From Hyaloraphidium curvatum SAG 235-1 (taxonomy: Eukaryota; Fungi; Monoblepharomycota), in NCBI GenBank assembly GCA_025558095.1, contig JAIVFI010000031.1, positions 62,001 through 126,000 on the forward strand: a DNA stretch of 64,000 nucleotides. The letters run 5' to 3'. A program made the translations under genes and the position numbers. The notes under the pieces are model-generated. The model had not been told where the DNA came from. It ran no database searches and was given only the letters and a program-made list of their open reading frames with translations. Positions 58,954 through 64,000 of the stretch are shown piece after piece; within the stretch, counting starts at the first letter, position 1; each line of letters begins with the position of its first letter.

Positions 58954-59456
58954 CGCGGACAGCGGGCGGGGGGCACGCGGGGGCGGGGAGGGGGCTCCGC
59001 TCGCGGCCGCGGGGGCGCGGCGCGGGGAAGGGCGGCTCGCGCAGAGGCGGCGCCGATGAGCCGCGGCCGGTGAGACGCGGGCCGGGGCGGCGGAAGGGGG
59101 CGGATCTGCCGATTCAGGTGGTGGTGGCTCGGGGAATTCCTATCAACTCTGCCTAACCGCGAATTTCAGTGGGACTCGGGACCCAGAGTTCGCAGCTTTA
59201 GCGTTTCAAACCTCCGTCACGCTTTACCACCCGCCGAAGGAAACCGTGCCGCCGCCGCCCGCCGCTCGCCGCCACCCCGCCGCTCGCGCCGTAACCAGCG
59301 CCGCCGCTTCTGCATCTGCCACCGCGCGCCCCGCCGCGCCGCACAGCCCGAACCGCCGCCGACCCCTGCCGCACCCGGGAAACCCCCGTGCCGCCAGGGA
59401 ACCGCATCCGAAACCGCCGATCACCGACCAGCTCCAGAAAAAAAACGAACGAAATA

Positions 59457-59762
59457 ATGTGCTCCGCCGCCGCCACCAACGCCAAGTCCGCCGACGCCGC
59501 TGACCTCATCTCGAAGGGCGGCGGGAATCCGCCGTATCAGCCGGTGCCGTCGGCGCCGGCGGGGACGTTCGTGCGCCTCGAGGACGTGCTCGAGAGCCCC
59601 ACGTTCGGGCTCTCGCCGGCCTACGTCGCCACGCTGGTGGCGCGCATCGAGCAGCGCTTTGAACTTCATGGCCGCGCAGCGCCACCACCATCACGGCGCG
59701 TGCCACTACCACGGCCACCATCAGCAGCAGCAGCAGGCGCAGCCCTGTGGACAGAAATGTAG
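59457..59762 (+). CDS. Small ORF (101 aa) overlapping the deaminase ORF in a different frame
   Basis: ATG after an A-rich leader, and a protein-like segment FVRLEDVLESPTFGLSPAYVATLVARIEQRF. Confidence 0.35.
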   Translation: MCSAAATNAKSADAADLISKGGGNPPYQPVPSAPAGTFVRLEDVLESPTFGLSPAYVATLVARIEQRFELHGRAAPPPSRRVPLPRPPSAAAAGAALWTEM

Positions 59763-60525
59763 GGAAGCCGCGTGCTGCCCGGCCGGCGAGCCCGGGCCCT
59801 GCCCGCCGGTCCCTCCCCCTGTGGCGCCCAAGCGCCGCGCCCCCTCCCCTTCCTCCTCCGACAGCGACGCCCCTTCCCACTCCTACTCCTCCCTCTCCAG
59901 CAGCAGCGACGACGACGACCCGCACCCCCCCGGCCGGCGGCGCCGCCTCCCCTCCTCGTCCCCCCCTCCCCCTCCCCCCCCCGCCATCCCCCGCCGCTCC
60001 ACCCCCCGCTCGCACAGCTACATCCACGTCTGCGTCATCCTCTCCCGCAAGGACGGCTCCGTGCTGGCCGACGGCTTCAACAGCGAGGTCTCGGTGCGCG
60101 AGGCCACCCCCCGCCGCGGCTTCTCCATGCACGCCGAGGAGATGGCCCTGGACAAGCTCCTGCGGCTCCCCCGCTCGGAAACGGGCAAGCGCCTGCGGTG
60201 CGGCGTGGACGTGGTCTCGCTGCGCGTGAGCAGGGCCATGGTGGTCGGCATGTCGCGGCCGTGCCTGCGGTGCGCGGGCAGGCTGCAGAGCCAGGCGGCC
60301 ATGGTGCGCCGGGTGTTCTGGTGGGAGGCCGGGAAGGAGGATGCGGGCGGGGGGTCGGTGGTGCAGGCCAGGGTGGAGGAGCTGCAGGGGCACGCGGAGC
60401 ACTCGACGGGGGATTTCTTCGTCAAGAGGGGGAGGAGCAAGAACTACACCTGCCCGGCGGTGCAGCAGTACCGCCCGCCGCAGGCGCAGGGCAAGTTCGG
60501 GTACTACCGGGCGAGGTACGGGTAG
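59668..60525 (+). CDS. Zn-dependent cytidine/dCMP deaminase-like protein with low-complexity N-terminus
   Basis: HVCVIL...GFN...SMHAEEMAL...VVSLRV...MSRPCLRC (HAE and PCxxC). Confidence 0.75.
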   Translation: MAAQRHHHHGACHYHGHHQQQQQAQPCGQKCREAACCPAGEPGPCPPVPPPVAPKRRAPSPSSSDSDAPSHSYSSLSSSSDDDDPHPPGRRRRLPSSSPPPPPPPAIPRRSTPRSHSYIHVCVILSRKDGSVLADGFNSEVSVREATPRRGFSMHAEEMALDKLLRLPRSETGKRLRCGVDVVSLRVSRAMVVGMSRPCLRCAGRLQSQAAMVRRVFWWEAGKEDAGGGSVVQARVEELQGHAEHSTGDFFVKRGRSKNYTCPAVQQYRPPQAQGKFGYYRARYG

Positions 60526-60763
60526 TTTGCTGGGCGAGGGACGCCTTTGGTCGCTTTTGGGACACGGAAGGAATTGGCGGTCCGCGCGGACCGGTTTTGT
60601 ACTATGCTGGGATTAGAATTGATTTATGTTGCCGCCGAGCCAGTACATGGCCAGATTGCCAGATGGTTGCCAGAGATGGTGACGGAGGCAGAGGTACGTG
60701 CGGGGCCATACGGCCTGTTCAGGCACCGTTCCGCCTCCGCGAGAGCAGGTTCCAGTCCCCGTC

Positions 60764-61461
60764 TTACTCCAGCAGGACCTTGGCCCCGATGTCCTCCAGC
60801 GCCTTCTTGATCTTTTCCGCCTCGGCCTTGGGCACGTCCTCCCGGAGCACCTTCGGCACGCTCTCCGCAAACTTCTTCGCCTGCGCACCCCCAACCATTA
60901 AAGAGAGGCCACTCGCAGGCAACAAAAGGAGCACCCACGTCGACGAGGTTGATCCCGGGCACGATGTTCTTGATCTCCCTGATCACCTTGGCCTTGGCGT
61001 CCGCCGCGAAGCTCTCGAGCTTGAGCGTGAAGCTGGCCTTTTCCGGCGCCGCGGCCTCGGCCTTGGGCGCCTCGGCCGCCGCGGGTGCCGCCGCCGCCGC
61101 TGCCGGCGCCGCGGGCGCGGCGGCGACGGGCATCGCGATCTCGGTTATGTTGAGCTTCGTCTGCCGGCCCGGGCGTGAGCGCCTCCTCCCGTTTCCGCCC
61201 GCGGATGCCGACCTTCAGCGCCGAAATCAGCTCCGCGGTCTCGAGCAGCGTGAGCCCCGCGATGCCGTCGACGATGCCGGCCACTTTCGGGCTCGGCGCC
61301 GTCGAGTACCGCCGCCGGGAATCGCGCCCTGCCGGCCTCGCTCGCGCGGGAACGGCGGCCGCGCACGCGCGGGGGAGGCGGGCCGCGAGCCGCGGCGCGA
61401 GGCGGGCGGGGTGCTGCGCGGGTGAGAACGCGCGGAGAGGGGCCGGAAGGGCGCGTACCAT
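60764..61461 (-). CDS. MRPL12: Mitochondrial ribosomal protein bL12m (L7/L12), 2 introns
   Basis: Arg/Ala-rich presequence, IVDGIAGLTLLETAELISALK, KAKVIREIK...NLVD|AKKFAESVPK and GAKVLLE*. Confidence 0.93.
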
Positions 61462-62417
61462 CGCGATGCGATAGGGAGGGGAGGGGACGGTACGTTTGTT
61501 GCAGGCGGCAGCGGCGTCGCCGGTAAGTCAACGACTTCCAATCGTTGAGCTTGCCGCGAAGCCAGACCCGTCACGACGTTGGACGGGCCTTATGTGGTCT
61601 CCAAGATTAGCTTTGGCGTTGGAAGCAAGGTTGATTGATTGCTCGACGGCAGGCTGCAGGAAACTGGAGGGGTCGCGATCGCCGTCACCGTTTGCCATCT
61701 GCGGAGACACTTTTTCTAGATTGGATTGTTTCGTGGATGGCAGTAGCTGATTGTACAAGGAGGCATCCGACTTTCTGCTTCGCGTGCCTCGTCAAGTCAA
61801 GAAGCTGAAGGACGCCGCGTTCGCTGCTTGATTGTATCAAACACCAATTCCAAGACTAGCAAAGCCGTCCCCATATGACATGGTCGTTCGCATTTCCGCT
61901 GTGTTGCTGCTCGTTTTGCGGTCCGCTCTTGAGCTTCGGAGCGGGAACTGGAGCGAGCGGCGTCGGCCCTCTTGAATTCCGGTCCCCGAATGCATGGACC
62001 GTGCCAAAACCCAATGTTGACAGGACGTTCCATGCGCAGCAGGATGCTCCGACGGCTGGCTGACGTCAATTCGTGCGGAATGCGACGCAGCATGCGACGG
62101 TCCGGAGCGGCTGGGGATCACGAGCTCCGAAGACCTGCAAAGTCGAGGCGACGATACAGATGCCGTTCCAAGTACCCTTCAAGAGCACGGGGGAATTCAC
62201 AGTTGCAATTGCTGACGACTCACCGTGTCGATTTTCGGGCGGAGGTGTCCCTAGCTCGGGCCGGAATTTCGAGGATCCAGGGACGCAAAAACGTCGAAAC
62301 TCATGCCAAGTGTCCCTCATCACGTCCTCAGCCCCCCGCTGCGCCCCTGTCGAAGAAACCCCACCTCGCAACAGCAGCCGCCTGCCGATAGTCGCTGCAG
62401 GCACCCAACTCGTTAAC

Positions 62418-63856
62418 ATGGCGCCGACCTCGTTCCTCAGGCGGGCGCTGCTCGCCGCCGCCGCGTCCTTGGCCCTTGTCCCTGCTGCGGTAGGTCGCAC
62501 CCCACGGCCCCTCGGCGGGCCGGCCGCGGGCATGCCATGCTCACCTTGCTTCTGGCAGAGCGCCTTCGTGGAGGGCACCTTCACCGCCGCCTCGGGCCCC
62601 GCGGTCAACGCGACCACGGTGACCGTCGGCCTGTACGCCGCCAACGCCTACGAAATCCTCCCCAACTCCAACACCTTCTACTTCTCCGGCTACATGTGGC
62701 TGCGCTGGCCGGCCACGCTCGAGAACGAGCCCGCGGCCTCGTTCGAAATTATCAACTCGGTCGACTCTTGGGGTCTAACACTGACGCCCATCTCGGAGAA
62801 CGCCACGATCTTCTCCAACGGCGAGGCCGGCAAGCAGTTCAAAGTCCAAGGCCGCTTCTTCCAGCCGTTCCAGATGTCGTCTTACCCCCTGGACTCCCAA
62901 ACCCTCGACATCGTCATCGAGGATACGGACATGACGGCCGACAAGATCTACTACGTCGCTGATCGCGAGATGTCGGGCAAGGACGTGAGCTTCCAGCTGC
63001 CCGGCTGGAAGATCACGGGCATGACGTTCGCCGAGCAACTCCACGAGTGGGTTCATCCCCCATCGGCGGCTCCCGCATGCGCTGATCAGCCTGTGATCCG
63101 CTAGCTACAAGACCAACTTCGGCGACCCGGACAACGCCAACGCCAACCTGTTCTCCGCCGTCAAGATCTCCATCGCAATCGAGCGGCAGGCACAGCTCTT
63201 TGCCTTCAAGCTCCTCATCCCGTGCGTTGCCGACCGCATGCCCCGTGATCTCTGCCTAACTCTGTTGCCGCCTGCGTCGTGTTCCATCCTTGCTCCCCCT
63301 GCACCCCCGCCCCGTAACCCATGCTCGGCTCTCTCGCTTCGAAAGCCTGATCCTGGTCCTGATCACCGGCTGGCTCGCCCTCGTCCTCAACCCCCGCTAC
63401 ATCGAAGTCCGCACCGCCATGTGCGCGACCGCCCTCCTCACCACGGTCTTCCTGCAACAATCCGCCTCGGACCCCTCCCAGACCACCAGCCTGACCATGA
63501 TGGACACCATCTTCATCGTCATCTACTGCGTCATAGTGATCACCTTTGCCCAGGTGATCTGGGACAACAATCGCATGAACAAGGTCATGCACCCCGGCGC
63601 GCACCACGGGCCCATGGCACCCACCGGCCTTATGGAAATCAAGACTGTCGACCGGAAGGCAGACGGCGAGGTTGAGGCCATCAAGAAGGACGTGGAAGCC
63701 GCCGTGAACGGGGCGCCGGCCGTGTCGGCGGCCGACGACGACTACTCGGAGCACCCCACCGTCAAGTCGATCCGCAAGTGGGACCTGATCTCGCTGGTCG
63801 TCCAGGTGATCGTGACCATCATCGTGATCACTGTTTTGGTCGTCACCTTGTCGTGA
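62418..63856 (+). CDS. Pentameric ligand-gated ion channel, Cys-less Pro-loop (GLIC/ELIC-like), introns at about 62490-62558, 63047-63104 and 63222-63346
   Basis: Signal peptide; VTVGLY; TFYFSGYMWLRW; YPLDSQTL (Pro-loop, no flanking Cys); LPGWKI; YKTNFGDP; pre-M1 R; FKLLIP|LILV (M1 Pro); M2 RTAMCATALLTTV; LTMMD (M3); C-terminal M4. Confidence 0.88.
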
Positions 63857-64000
63857 GAGGAGTGATGGAGGCGTCCGAGCGCGGAAAGGACACTTCGCGA
63901 GTGAACCATGCTTTGCGAACACTTATGCGTTATAATTTACGGAGATTATATGGGAAGGATAGTGCCGGGAAAGAAGAACGACATTGTACGTAGATATTCG

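Noticed and set aside
1-64000. Bacterial origin of the window (high GC, thiL, lacZ-like, beta-lactamase-like genes)
   Set aside because: Pervasive spliceosomal introns, cullin-1, a mitochondrial presequence-bearing L12 and MYND fingers show a eukaryotic nuclear genome.

Overview
GC-rich eukaryotic genomic DNA, not prokaryotic. It holds about 30 genes, most with short (about 50-70 nt) GT-AG introns carrying CTGAC/CTRAY-like branch points. The cullin-1 sequence (GANLMGADLYNNL) looks fungal. Gene content and GC suggest an early-diverging zoosporic (chytrid/monoblepharid-type) fungus, which is an inference. The left part (1-33 kb) is an unstable accessory region. It contains secreted modular Ser/Thr-stalk and EGF proteins, bacterial-type thiamine genes (two thiL and an NMT1/ThiY-like gene), a CRE-type retrotransposon remnant with a target-site duplication, and a deleted, rearranged duplicate (15.1-19.8 kb) of the 23.6-31.9 kb block. 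The right part holds enzymes and housekeeping genes: GH2 beta-galactosidase, an MDR reductase, two MBL hydrolases, cullin-1 and mitochondrial L12. Four observations stand out. (1) A spliced gene fuses a HIRAN DNA-end-binding domain to a complete DNMT3-like C5 DNA methyltransferase. (2) There is an intact DEG/ENaC channel, a Cys-less pentameric ligand-gated ion channel and a possible gustatory-receptor-like 7TM channel family, all 'animal sensory-type' channel families in an apparent fungus. (3) There is a bacterial-style thiamine salvage/activation gene pair. (4) A family of stalked surface proteins carries interchangeable bacterial-like head domains. All exon structures were spliced by hand and all family calls rest on recognised motifs, not database searches.
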